Assembly: GCA_965197905.1 (NCBI GenBank)
Contig: CBDAOB010000005.1
Coordinates: 2,240,001-2,304,000 of the forward strand
Reading direction: 5' to 3'
From: Candidatus Latescibacterota bacterium
GTDB taxonomy: Bacteria; Latescibacterota; UBA2968; UBA8231
DNA length: 64,000 bases
Positions 31,317 to 42,440 of this stretch are shown one piece after another. The translations under genes were made by a program, and so were the position numbers. The notes below the pieces were generated by a model. The model saw only the letters and a program-made list of their open reading frames with translations. It made no database searches and was not told the origin of the DNA. Position 1 is the stretch's first letter. Each line of letters starts with the position of its first letter.

Positions 31317-32717
31317 ATGCCGCGGTTCGAAGACATCTCGATCAAGAGACGGCTGACATTGATCGTCATGTTGACCAGCAGCGTGGCGTTGCTGCTGGCC
31401 TGTATCGCCTTCGTGACCTACGATTGGATCTCATCCAAAGAAGCCCTCGTCCGGCGATTGGAAACCATGGCGGAGATCATTGGATCCAACAGCAATGCGG
31501 CGCTGATCTTCGACCACGAGCAAGATGCGATCGAGACCCTTGCGGCGCTGCGGTCAGAACCTCATGTGGTATCAGCCTGCATATACGATGCGTCCGGCGC
31601 CGTGTTCGCCGGGTATCATCGCGACAACGTCGCCTTCGACCCGCCCCCTCTGGAAGCAGACGGATACCGCTTCTCCAAAGACTATCTGGTGTTGTTCAAG
31701 GAGATCGTTGTGGGCGGACCTATCGGAGCAGTCTACATCAAGATGGAGCTGGTGGAGATGCAACATCGGCTGACTCGTTACGCAGGCATCGTCGCCACCT
31801 TCATTCTCGTCTCATCGTTGGCGGCGTTTCTCGTCGGTTCCCGACTTCGAGAGTCCATATCGCAGCCGATTCTTCACCTCGTTCAACGGATGCGCCAGGT
31901 TTCCGAAGACAAGAACTTCACCGTGCGCGCAACGAAGACGAGCCGCGATGAGCTCGGGCAATTGGTGGATGGGTTCAACGAGATGCTGACACAGATTCAG
32001 GATAGAGACGCGGCGCTGCAACTCGCTCGTGACGAGCTGGAACTGCGAGCTTCGGAATTGCAGATCGAGCTGGGAGAGCGCCTCCGGGCGGAGGAGCGCA
32101 TCAAGACATCCCTCGATGAAAAGGAGATTCTTCTTAAGGAAATTCACCACCGAGTTAAGAACAACCTGCAGGTTATCTCGAGTCTTCTCGATCTCCAGTC
32201 CTTGCACGTGGAGGACGATCGGGCGCTGGAAATGTTCAAAGACAGTCAGAACAGAATCGAATCAATGGGACTCATTCACGAACGGCTATACCAATCTGAA
32301 GACTTCGCACGCATCGATTTCGATGAATATATTCACGAGTTGCTGGTCCACCTCAGCCATTCCTACAGCGTGCCATCCAACAGGGTGACCATCGAAACGA
32401 AGGTCGAGAAGTTGGTGCTCGATATTGCCACCGCCATACCGTGCGGTTTGATCGTCAACGAACTCGTATCGAACTGCCTGAAGTACGCGTTTCCGGCGTC
32501 GGGCAGCGGCATGATTGAGGTCGGACTGAGGCCTGGCTCCGGCGCGGACACGCACCTTTTGTATGTGAGGGACGATGGGGTGGGCCTACCCGATGGTTTC
32601 GATTTTCGCAGGACATCCTCTCTCGGATTAAAGCTCGTCAATGCCTTAGTGAAGCAGCTTGGTGGACGGATCGATTTGGTGCCGCATCGTGGGACGGAGT
32701 TCGAAATCTCTTTCTGA
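31317..32717 (+). CDS. Membrane sensor histidine kinase (CHASE8-like periplasmic, HAMP, HisKA_2)
   Basis: Two TM segments, HAMP DELGQLVDGFNEML, EIHHRVKNNLQ, NELVSNCLKYAF and DDGVG. Confidence 0.9.
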   Translation: MPRFEDISIKRRLTLIVMLTSSVALLLACIAFVTYDWISSKEALVRRLETMAEIIGSNSNAALIFDHEQDAIETLAALRSEPHVVSACIYDASGAVFAGYHRDNVAFDPPPLEADGYRFSKDYLVLFKEIVVGGPIGAVYIKMELVEMQHRLTRYAGIVATFILVSSLAAFLVGSRLRESISQPILHLVQRMRQVSEDKNFTVRATKTSRDELGQLVDGFNEMLTQIQDRDAALQLARDELELRASELQIELGERLRAEERIKTSLDEKEILLKEIHHRVKNNLQVISSLLDLQSLHVEDDRALEMFKDSQNRIESMGLIHERLYQSEDFARIDFDEYIHELLVHLSHSYSVPSNRVTIETKVEKLVLDIATAIPCGLIVNELVSNCLKYAFPASGSGMIEVGLRPGSGADTHLLYVRDDGVGLPDGFDFRRTSSLGLKLVNALVKQLGGRIDLVPHRGTEFEISF

Positions 32718-32727
32718 GGGAGCTTAG

Positions 32728-34330
32728 ATGGAAAACGCTCAGATTCTTGTGGTGGAGGATGAAGCGATCGTCGCGCTCGACATACAGAGCAAGCTGCGTA
32801 GTCGCGGGTATGAGGTTCCCGCACTCGCCTCTTCGGGAAAAGAAGCGGTGGAAATAGCAGACGCACTGCGACCTGACCTGGTCCTGATGGACATACAACT
32901 GGAGGGTGATGTCGATGGCGTGGAAGCTGCCGAGCAGATCCGCCGCCGCTTCGGCACTCCAGTCGTTTATCTGACCGCCTTCTCGGACGATCAAACCTTG
33001 CAAAGGGCAAAGGTCGCGGAACCATTCGGGTACCTTCTGAAACCGTTTGAAGAGAGGAAGCTTCACGTTGCTATCGAGGTGGCTCTCTACAAGAGTAGGA
33101 TCGACCAGGAAAAGGCGGCGTTGGAGGAACGATTGAGCCAGGCTCACAAGATGGAGGCGATTGGAGAACTCACCACGGGCGTGGCGTTCAATTTCAACAA
33201 CATGCTGCACGGGGTGGTAGGTCACCTCGACTTGGCCCTGTTGCGGGCCCCCGATGAGCTGAAGCCGTACCTGGAAGCGGCGGAATTCGACGCCCAACGC
33301 GCCGCCAAGTTGGTGCAGCAGCTGATGCGTTTTGCTGGCCCGAAAACGCACACACGGAACTTGTGGCACCCGAAGACATCGCCGCGGAGGTCGTTTCTCT
33401 CTTTCGTCAAATTCTCGCCCGGAAACCAGGGAGAGAGATAGAGGTGCTGTTTAGCGCTGGCCCTGACATCGCCCCGGTGCTCGGAAGCGCGAGCCAACTG
33501 AAGCAATGTTTGTAAATCTCTGCACCAACGCGCAGGAGGCGCTTGACCAGGTTCAGGATTCGCAGCCCCTCAAAGGACGGATCGAGCTGTCGGTTGCCAT
33601 GGCCCGGAGGGAGGCGGAGGCAAAAAGCTCCCCGGCCGAAACCGCCCGCTACGTGGTCATAGAGGTTTCCGACAACGGTGTTGGCATCGACCCGCAAGAT
33701 CAAGACCGCATCTTCGAGCCGTTTTATTCGACGCGAAAGTTCCAGGACACAAACCAGGCCACTGGACAGGGAAAAGGGTTGGGGCTGGCTACGGCTTATA
33801 GTTATGTCCGCGAACACCAGGGTTGGATAGAGGTGCATAGTGAACCTGGGTCAGGGGCGGTCTTTTCGATCTATCTCCCGGCATCAGATTCACCTATACA
33901 CACGGCGCCCGATGAGAGGGAAGAGGTCGTGCCGATCTTGACGCCTGGGGAGGGAGAAGAGCAATTTCCTTCGCAAGGCAACGAGACCGTGCTCGTGCTA
34001 GCAGATGTAGATCGATTTCGTCGAATACTGACCGAGATGCTGGAACACAACGGCTACGAGGTGCGCATAGGGATAGGGGTCAGCGATGGCTTGGCGCTCA
34101 TCGAGCACGACGCGGCGATAGACCTCGTTGTTGTGGATGTTTCCGCTTCGGGGACGTCCAGCTCGGAAGCCGTGGCGCAGATTGTGCACGCCCGCCCCGA
34201 GCTAAAGATACTCGTCGTTACGGGGTTGGCACGGACGGGTACTGCATGGAAAGGCGCAAAGGGCGTACTTAACAAGCCGTTCACAACAAATGAGCTGATG
34301 ACTGCCGTGCGGTCTACGCTCGATTCCTGA
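32728..34330 (+). pseudogene. Hybrid REC-HisKA-HATPase-REC protein with two single-base frameshifts (near 33332 and 33505)
   Basis: REC (LVVEDE, LMDI, KPF), then KMEAIGELTTGVAFNFNN. A bridging frame reads PEDIAAEVVSLFRQ...GSASQLKQ, followed by FVNLCTNA, DNGVG, FEPFYST, GLGLA and a terminal REC. Confidence 0.8.
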
Positions 34331-34337
34331 GGACCGC

Positions 34338-35304
34338 ATGGCCGACATTCAACTGGGAATCATCGGATCGGGTGGAATGGCCAAAAGCCATGCCGCCGCG
34401 TTTCACGGACTTGATGGCATTCGAATACGTGCGGTCGCCGCGCGCAACCCGGACACCGGACCACAGTTGGCGGAGCAGTTTGGAGCCGATCTCTTCACGG
34501 ATTGGGAATCGCTGATCAGCCAACCTGACCTGGATGCGGTGGCTGTATGCACCAACAACGACAGCCACGGCCCAATAGCTATCGGTGCCATCGAGGCCGG
34601 CAAACATGTGTTTGCGGAATATCCGCTGGCGAGAAGGATCGACGAGGCCAACCGATTGGTGGAACTGGCCAGGGCGGCGCAAACCGTTTTTCGCATTACC
34701 CACCAGGGATTTCCATTGGAGATTAAGCGAGCGGCCGCCGAACTCGGTCCGTTGATGGATGCCATTTTCGTGCGTTTGACCCCCGGCCGTGGAGGTCGTC
34801 CGGAGACACTTTTCAATCTGAATATCTCGGGACCGCCCGCCCTGTTCTTCGTCTACCACCTCTTTCCTCTGGTGGAGCTTTTCGGCCGTGCGGCGTGGGT
34901 CAACGCCAGTTCCCACTACGTCGAACTAGTGGAGAATGGTGGGTATCGGCGTTTTCGCCAATTCGGTTGCTGCGGGTTTTTCAGGCGGTGGTCTCGCTCA
35001 GTGGACCTGGGCGGGAGGCATCGAGGTCGAACAGGCGGAGGAGTTTCAACGCATCATTTTTGCAGGTGGCACCCTGGTTCGGCAGGAGGGCGGTTGGCTG
35101 CTTTCCAGCAGCGAGGGTGTGAAGCCCCTGCCCGTAAACATGGAACCGCGACCTTCTCTGCACGAAACGTTTGTCGCGGATATCCGAGGGGCCGGCGGGG
35201 ATTGGCGAAACGAGTTAGAGAAAGCGCATGCTGCAGTGAGCATCTCCCTCGCCGCCGAGCAGTCGATGCGCGAGGAAAAGCGCATCTTCCTGGAATCACG
35301 GTAA
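34338..35304 (+). pseudogene. Gfo/Idh/MocA oxidoreductase, frameshifted near 34953 (extra T in a T run)
   Basis: GIIGSGGMA, GKHVFAEYPLA; the C-terminus continues in ORF 34936..35304. Confidence 0.78.
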
Positions 35305-35637
35305 CTCCCGCAGCCCTCTGCGATCGAGGTAATGCTGCAAGCTGTATCTGCCTACCTGGTGCTGCAGGAGGTGGATACAGACCCCCGACAAACAAAGGTT
35401 TTTGACCAGGTTGCTTCGCTGCAGAATGTCCCAGATCCACTGACAGTCAGCGGCAAGCCAGGCAGGATGGCCGAGCACACCTGGGACATGCACGAACACG
35501 GTGACGGCCGCAACAAAAAGGCCAAGAGCGATTGCGGCCCAGCACAGGTGCCAACCAGCGAGCAACAAACTTCCCCATGTTATCAACCATACCTCGCAGC
35601 CGGAAACCAGACGTTTCGAAGGCACCCAGTCCGGCAT
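35296..35637 (-). CDS. Small membrane protein, DoxX-like (possibly truncated)
   Basis: Hydrophobic ORF containing LLLAGW...AAIALGLF...TVFVH...KNL...GRYSL. Confidence 0.4.
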   Translation of the reverse strand: MPDWVPSKRLVSGCEVWLITWGSLLLAGWHLCWAAIALGLFVAAVTVFVHVPGVLGHPAWLAADCQWIWDILQRSNLVKNLCLSGVCIHLLQHQVGRYSLQHYLDRRGLRELP

Positions 35638-35671
35638 CAGCCGTTGAATCGACTGATAACAGCGCGGTTCA

Positions 35672-35890
35672 TCAAACCCTCGATGAAGGTGCCCATGGTG
35701 AGGTCACATCCATCGGCCTCAACATGAAACGATCGTTGTCCTCGAAGGACTCCCCCTCCCAGCGCTCGGTCACAGGGGTACGCGCCGTAGCCACCACCCG
35801 GTAAGCACAAGACCATAACCGGCGAACCAGGGCGAGACTGACCCCCGAACCCGCACCCGTAACGAGTATGGTTCGTTGTGTATCGATTTT
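35672..35890 (-). pseudogene. SDR N-terminal fragment
   Basis: Manual translation TILVTGAGSGVSLALVRRL...RVVATAR...PMDVT then stop; no clear start. Confidence 0.45.
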
Positions 35891-36058
35891 TCGCGCGATG
35901 AATGGGCGGTACGGCCATTCATCGCGTAAGTAGATACTCGAACCAGATCCGCCACATACGGCGGCGGAGGGCGAAGAGGCGGTTCGCGAGGCTCAGTTCA
36001 CGCTCGGAGCGTCTCTGTTGCTCCTTTTTTGCACCAGAATTATCTTTGATTCGATAGA

Positions 36059-36134
<76 letters not shown>

Positions 36135-36199
36135 AGTTTTAGTGGTTGATATTAAAGCACTTGCGGGAAGGAAGTCTTTGTTTCTCGTAGGTGCTTTTC

Positions 36200-36334
36200 T
36201 TATGCCTCGGCCAGCTTGGTGTCCATATAGTGCCCATTTTCGTACCGAAGGCGCTGAATTGCAGCCTTCTCATGGGCTGGGGCCACGTGAGAATAGCGGA
36301 GTGTTGTTTTGAGATCTTTATGCCCCAGAACCAC
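36200..36334 (-). pseudogene. Tyrosine recombinase/integrase C-terminal remnant
   Basis: Manual translation VVLGHKDLKTTLRYSHVAPAHEKAAIQRL...* carries the LGH...TT.RY.H box-II motif and points toward the tRNA 3' end. Confidence 0.75.
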
Positions 36335-36441
36335 TCCTTGCGTTTGCTCAGGGCCTCGCCGTGTACGCCGTAGTATGAGAAGGCGAAAACGGATTCGAGG
36401 TCGTCCCAGAGAGACAGGAGAACTGTCGCCTTCGTCGATAT

Positions 36442-38202
36442 CTAGCGGTTGCTAGTGCTCGCCATCCTCGATAGAGACACCCTGAGCCTTTTGGCAATAT
36501 TCTGCTGTTCTGGCGAGAAGATCAATGCCCTGCGGTACGCAATGACTGCCCCTCCGAAATCGCCTCTGGTGTGGAAACCGAGACCGATATGGAGATAGGC
36601 TTGAGCCATCACGCTGCGGAAAGATTCTTCGAGAATATGTGGATTTGTTGACGCTGCTTCGATCTGGCCTACGGCCAAGCTTTTCTTCGTCGAATCGGTG
36701 CCCATTGACTCAACCGCTAGTTTGTAGAAACGAAGAGTGGAATTCTGCGGGAACTGATCCAAGGCAGCGTCCACGACCGCGTCGCTGTCTTCACCCAGAC
36801 CCATCGCCAAAAGGCAGAGCCGCATTTGGACATCTTCCTGATCCAAAACATCTCGCCCTCGATCAATGGCACGGCGGAGTTGTTGGGCGGCATTTTTGAG
36901 ATCCGAATTTATGTGGTAGCTTCTGCCGGAGGTGTAAAGGGACAGGGCTTCAGCCTTTTTAAGCGAGAAATAGCTCGAGAAGGCAATTGTCGCCAGCAGA
37001 CCCACTTTTATATACCTACCCGATTTTGAAAAACAGCGGCTGGCAACATTGATCAGCCAAGCAAACAGCAACGAGATTCCAGCGCTAGCTGTATAGAGAT
37101 AACGGGGCGGGCCGGCAGGCAAGTAGGCAAGAAACACCTTCTCTGCGAGCAGCAGAAATGGTAGCACCGAGAATAGAATCCAGAAAGCCGCAAGGGAACC
37201 TACAGGTGAGTTCTTCCAAATCAGAACAGCCAGGCAACTTAAAATCGAAGCGCCTAGCCACAACTCCCAAGGGGCCAGTTTGTACATTGGTAAAGGAAGC
37301 CAATGGGCTGTGGTCACTACTCGGCTGAGCAGCCAGAGTAAAACTCGGCCCGCACCCATGATGACTTCGATGGTCTCGAGTCTCCCGCGAATTTGCATTG
37401 ATTCCAGGAAATTGGTCTGCCGTGGTTCGGCGGGGAGGATCAGGACCAACAAACATGCAAAAAAGAGCACTGGCGGCATTAGCTGGCGAAGGGTTGTTGT
37501 CGTGCGCACTCCGTTTCTCCAGGACCATTGCAGAGCAAGGAGCCAAAGGCTTGCAATCGCGGGATGGAACATGAGTCCGGTTATGAGGAAACCGCAGAAC
37601 GCTAGATATTGTGACATCCGTCGGGCCGCTAGAAATCGCACGTAAAATATTAGGGCCGCACATCCGCAAGACACAGCCATGGAGTATGAAAGTGCTGTAA
37701 TCCAATGGATAACCTCGTAGTGACCAACGTTAATAAGAAACAGCAGCCCTGCCATCATGCTGAGCTCCAGGCTGAGTCCAAAATTCCGGAATAAATACGC
37801 GAGCAGGAGAGCGTTCAAACCGTGAATTCCGACGCAAAGCCAGTGATACCAGGTTGGCTCGTTGCCCCAAATCAGGTAAACCACCCACTTGAACAATGTG
37901 TCGGCCGGACGGAGGGCGAGTTCTCTGTCAGATGAAAAAAAGAACGAGAAGTCTTCGCTGATTGCGACGTGGTCCCGGAATGTCTCGATATCGTGGCTAT
38001 CGAGAAGATGCGCGGAAAGGCTGCTGAAGAAAATCCAGGAGACGGCGCAAATGAGGACTGCGAAAAAGAACCATGTTATTCGAGTCTGCTGCGGCTGAAA
38101 TCTGCTTGCAATGTCGCTCAAGACATGGCCGTTGTGGAGACGTGGATCAATGATATATCGTGAGCAGTCCCGGATTCTGTGGCGCCTACCTTGCTGCTCC
38201 AT
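36442..38202 (-). CDS. Multi-pass membrane protein with C-terminal TPRs (GT-C/TMTC-like)
   Basis: LRP...WGNEPTWYH...HGLNALL, HYEVIHWI, RYLY, then TPR AYLHIGLGFH...AYRRAL. Confidence 0.7.
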   Translation of the reverse strand: MEQQGRRHRIRDCSRYIIDPRLHNGHVLSDIASRFQPQQTRITWFFFAVLICAVSWIFFSSLSAHLLDSHDIETFRDHVAISEDFSFFFSSDRELALRPADTLFKWVVYLIWGNEPTWYHWLCVGIHGLNALLLAYLFRNFGLSLELSMMAGLLFLINVGHYEVIHWITALSYSMAVSCGCAALIFYVRFLAARRMSQYLAFCGFLITGLMFHPAIASLWLLALQWSWRNGVRTTTTLRQLMPPVLFFACLLVLILPAEPRQTNFLESMQIRGRLETIEVIMGAGRVLLWLLSRVVTTAHWLPLPMYKLAPWELWLGASILSCLAVLIWKNSPVGSLAAFWILFSVLPFLLLAEKVFLAYLPAGPPRYLYTASAGISLLFAWLINVASRCFSKSGRYIKVGLLATIAFSSYFSLKKAEALSLYTSGRSYHINSDLKNAAQQLRRAIDRGRDVLDQEDVQMRLCLLAMGLGEDSDAVVDAALDQFPQNSTLRFYKLAVESMGTDSTKKSLAVGQIEAASTNPHILEESFRSVMAQAYLHIGLGFHTRGDFGGAVIAYRRALIFSPEQQNIAKRLRVSLSRMASTSNR

Positions 38203-38530
38203 AAACGGATTGGCGCCGATGAACTATGATCGACCAAAAACTCAGGGTGATGGTCGCCGACAACCTTGGATGCGAAGCCGTCAACTATTGCGGCGAAGCA
38301 CATATGAAATGCCCCAGCTTAACATCTGACCATCCGCAGAGGATAGGGCGAATAAACGCCATTATCGTTAGTCGCAGCAAGGATCGGTCGGTAGGCTGCC
38401 CGACATTTTTTGGAAAGACAGATAGGGATGGAGGAAGCGACCAAGGAACGCGACGGCGAACTTCTACGCACGGGTCGATTTCGGGACTCAACTGCTCGCG
38501 TCTAGTGAGATTTCACTGGAGGATGGATCG

Positions 38531-38719
38531 ATGACGGAGACAGAGGAAGGTGAGGGAACATTCACGAGTATTCAGCAGCATGTTGGTCGGCCCTGTACCA
38601 AGCAAACGCTTGTTAGCCGAGCAAAGATCCTGCGGGAATCTGGTAGGTCGATAAGAGAAGTGGCCAGGGAATTGAGAATCTCTCCGGCCACCGTTCAGAA
38701 GTACTGTCGCGCTGCCTAA
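38531..38719 (+). pseudogene. Serine resolvase/invertase C-terminal HTH remnant
   Basis: HVGRP...LRESGRSIREVARELRISPATVQKY (GRP plus HTH); no catalytic domain seen. Confidence 0.6.
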
Positions 38720-38768
38720 TCGATATTCTGGGTGCACCTAAGCCGGATGTATGCTGGTCTCACCGAGG

Positions 38769-40716
38769 CTATTCAGAACCATTCCCCTCTATGGTAATCT
38801 CTCCTTCGTAACCAGCCTCAACCAAGCGATCTGCTAATGCCTGCGCCGCACTTGTCGGTAGCGAAGCATTCCCCGTAATACTTAGGTCTTTTGCCACTCG
38901 CAGCAGATTAGTGAATCCCTCTAGATCACCCAATGAGACATTATTTCGGACAGTAAGATCCTCTCCAACTGTAATCAGATTCTCAAATCCATCCACATTC
39001 AACAAGGCCTCATTTGACCCGATAAAGAGATCCTTCCGAATCGAAGCAATATTGTTCAATCCGGTAATTGTGGTCAGTGCAGGGTTCTTATCAATCCGCA
39101 CATTACCAACACTCTCAACCATCTCCAATCCCGCCAGGCTACGCAACGCATCGTTTGATGCTACGTTGATCCGGCGCTCGATTATTGCAAGGCCTCCAAA
39201 GCCTTGCAAACTGTTCAGCGCAATATTGTGAGTAATATTGAGATCGCCTGTGATGCGACCCAGACTGTTGAATCCTAACAAGATGGTCAATTTGTCATTG
39301 GACAGTATCGATACGGAACGACCGACATTACTTAACCGGCTCAGATGTTCGGTACTGGTCAGGGATCTGTTCCCACTAATCCTTACGCTGGTACCGACGT
39401 GTGTCAGATTGCTCAGCCCGTTGAGACTCTCCAGTGAAGGATTTCTTTCTATCAGTAGGCTACCAAGGACTCTTGTAAGACCATCCAAGCCCGTCAGACT
39501 TTCCAACGCACTGTTGAGACCTATTGAACCTGGTGGTGGTCCAACAATCAAATCACCGCCGATACTGACCAGGCTGTTTAGGCCCTGCAGAGTCTTCAGC
39601 TTGCTGTTGTCATTGAGGGATAAAGCTCCTCCCACCTCGGTAAGGCTGTTGAGACCCTCAACTGTTGCCAAAGAAGGGAGACCCCACATAGTGAGGTCGC
39701 CTTGCACTAAGGTGAGGTTGCTCAAGGCACCAAGAGTGCTAACTGGAGACCTTACTATTGAAAGCTCTCCCCTCAATTCAGTCAGGTTGTTCAGTCCTTC
39801 GAGAGTCTCCAACGAGGTGCCGTAAATGCTCAGCCCACCCGCAGTGCTAAGATTATTCAGAGCCTCCACACTATTTAGCGGGTGATTGTTGAAAAGCGAG
39901 ATTTCTTTTCTGACTTCGAGAAGGTTGTTCATGCCATCCAGCGTCGTTAGGGAGAGATTCCCTTCGATAATTAGTTCCCCACCAACTCTTTGAAGGCTCT
40001 CCAACCCATCCAGGCTCGTCAGTTTTCGGTGACCCTCAATCCTAAGCGACCCGCCGACTTCCGACAGACTCTGCAGACCTCGCAGGCTAGTTAGACTGTC
40101 CTTCGACCATATTCCTCAGTAAAATTTCACGCGAGGTGTCTCATTCTACTTGACACGGTCCGCGCCTAAGATTATTCAGAGCCTCCACACTATTTAGCGG
40201 GTGATTGTTGAAAAGCGAGATTTCTTTTCTGACTTCGAGAAGGTTGTTCATGCCATCCAGCGTCGTTAGGGAGAGATTCCCTTCGATAATTAGTTCCCCA
40301 CCAACTCTTTGAAGGCTCTCCAACCCATCCAGGCTCGTCAGTTTTCGGTGACCCTCAATCCTAAGCGACCCGCCGACTTCCGACAGACTCTGCAGACCTC
40401 GCAGGCTAGTTAGACTGTCCGAAGGGAACAACCCGTTTCCTATCACTAGGTCTCCGCCGACTCGGGTCAATTTGCGGAGTCCCTCCAACGAAGTGACGCG
40501 GGAAGGTTGTATATCCAGTGTCCCCGTTATCTCGAAGGCACGTCCCCCCTCGGCGATCAAGCCATCAAAGTCGTCCTGAGAGCGGATCGTATAATCCCCT
40601 TCCAATGTCCTGATGTCACCAGACACTGGATCAAAAGGGTTGCTCTTCGGTGCATCATGACACGAGTAGATGGACACGCTGAGAAACACCAGAGCAACCT
40701 TAAAATAACGAATCAT
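38769..40716 (-). pseudogene. Receptor-L-domain/LRR repeat lipoprotein, split by a 255-bp duplication and 64-bp insert
   Basis: MIRYFKVALVFLSVSIYSC lipobox and repeats LxxLxGLxxLxxVGGxLxIxxN. Removing 319 bp gives a 1629-bp frame ending ADRLVEAGYEGEITIEGNGSE*. Confidence 0.85.
39847..40420. repeat. Direct repeat of 255 bp (39847-40101 and 40166-40420), identical by eye, with a 64-bp unique spacer
   Basis: Both copies run CTAAGATTATTCAGAGCCTCC...GGCTAGTTAGACTGTCC. Confidence 0.9.
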
Positions 40717-40722
40717 ATTCGG

Positions 40723-41567
40723 TTACTCTGAACCATTGTTCTCAATGGTAATCTCGCCTTCGTAGCCTGCAGCAACTAACCTATCTGCCAATACCTGAGC
40801 CTGACTTTCTGGTAGCGAAATGTTGCCAGTTATGGTCAGGTCCTTCGCTAATCGGAACAGGTTTGCCAACCCATCGAGATCGCGAAGAGCAGCGTTGTCG
40901 CGAACAATCAGATCTTCCCCGACAAATACAAGGTTGTCCAACCCGTTAAGGTTGTGCAGTGCGTCATTTTGGCTGATGAACACGTCCCTGGCTACCGAAG
41001 AGAGATTGTCCAGGCCAGAAAGGGTGGCGAGTGTCGAGTTCTTCTCGATGCGAAGGTCGGCGACGTTGGTCAGATTACTCAGACCATCCAAGGCTGGAAG
41101 CGAGTCGTTGGAGGCGACTCGTAGACGACCCTCGACGATCGCAACATTATTAAGCCCGGCCAAGCTCGTTAGCGCGCTGTTGTCCGTGATATTCAGATCT
41201 CCCTGGATCCGGCTCAGACCTATCAAACCGGACAGGCTCGGCAATGAGCCGTTGAGGCGGACGGCCACGGTCCCGCTGACCTCTTGAAGATTGCTCAGAT
41301 GCTGGATATCTCGGAGATTGGCGTTCTGAATGATCCTTAGTTCCCCACCTACGAAGTCCAACCCTCCAGCCCTGTCAGGCTTTCCAGCGCAGGGTTTCGT
41401 CGTATCTGCAGTTTACCGCGAACCTGCGACAGGCGCTCCATTCCTTTCAGGCTTTTCAACGATCGATTAGTAGTACTTAGTACGTTTTCCTCCGGTGGTC
41501 CAATAAGGAGATCGCCACCTACCAGAGTAAGGTGACTGAGACCCGTCAGACTCAACAGACTATTACT
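40723..41567 (-). pseudogene. C-terminal half of another L-domain/LRR paralogue (5' end lost; frameshift near 41362)
   Basis: SNSLLSLTGLSHLTLVGGDLLIGPP... is fused in frame to IS3 orfB. It continues in ORF 40723..41361 and ends ADRLVAAGYEGEITIENNGSE*. Confidence 0.8.
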
Positions 41568-42440
41568 GGCATCTAGCACCAACTCGGTACGCAGATGTGT
41601 GGCCATGGCCCAACCGACAATGCGACGGCTCCAGGCGTCCATTACCACGGCCAGATACAAGAAACCGGCCCAGGTGGGTACGTAGGTGATATCGGAGACC
41701 CAGAGCTGATCGGGGCCATGGGCAGTGAAGTCGCGTGAGACCAGATCGGGTGCGATGGCGGCATCGCGTTCGCGGCGGGTGGTGTAGGTACCTTTGCGGC
41801 GGCTTACACCCGCCAGACCGGCCGCCCGCATCAATCGGGAGATGCGCTTGTGGTTCACGCACTTGTCGCGGGCCATGAGCTCGTCGCGCATCCGTGGTAC
41901 GCCGTAGGTACCGCGAGACCAGGTATGGATTTGTTTGATCATCTCGGTCATCTCCGCATCCGAGCGTGAGCGCGCCGATGCAGGTCGTTTCAGCCACGCA
42001 TAGAAGCCGCTGGTGGAGACTTCCAGCATACGGCACATGGTAGCGACGGAGTAGGAGGCCTGATGCGCTTTCACGAACTCGAAGAGCTGGACGGTACCGA
42101 GTCGGTCTCCCGAGCGAACCAGGCCGCGGCTTTTGCCAGAATTTCACGCTCGGTGCGCAGCTGCCGATTTTCCCGGCGCAGGCGACGGAGTTCGGCCTTT
42201 TCGTCCGTAGTGAGGCCATCATCTCTCGAGCCGTCATCCACACTCGCTTGGAACAACCAGTTGCGAATGGTCTGCGCAGAGGGCTCGAATTCCTTTGCGA
42301 GTTCATCCGGCGTCCGACCCGCTCTTACGAGCGCAACCATCTGCTCGCGGAAGTCAGGCGCATACGGTGTACGAGTTCGGGGCATGGGACATCCTCCTTT
42401 TCACAAGAAATGAGGTGTCCACTAAACGGGGTCAAGTCCA
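41568..42440 (-). mobile_element. IS3-family insertion sequence, right part deleted
   Basis: Left end TGGACTTGACCCCGTTTAGTGGACA at 42440. orfA 42071..42385 (YAPDFREQMV...ELRRLRRENRQLRTEREILAKAAAWF). orfB from 42074 (WVSDITYV..WAGFLYLAVVMDAWSRRIVGW) is cut after ELVLDA. Confidence 0.92.
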
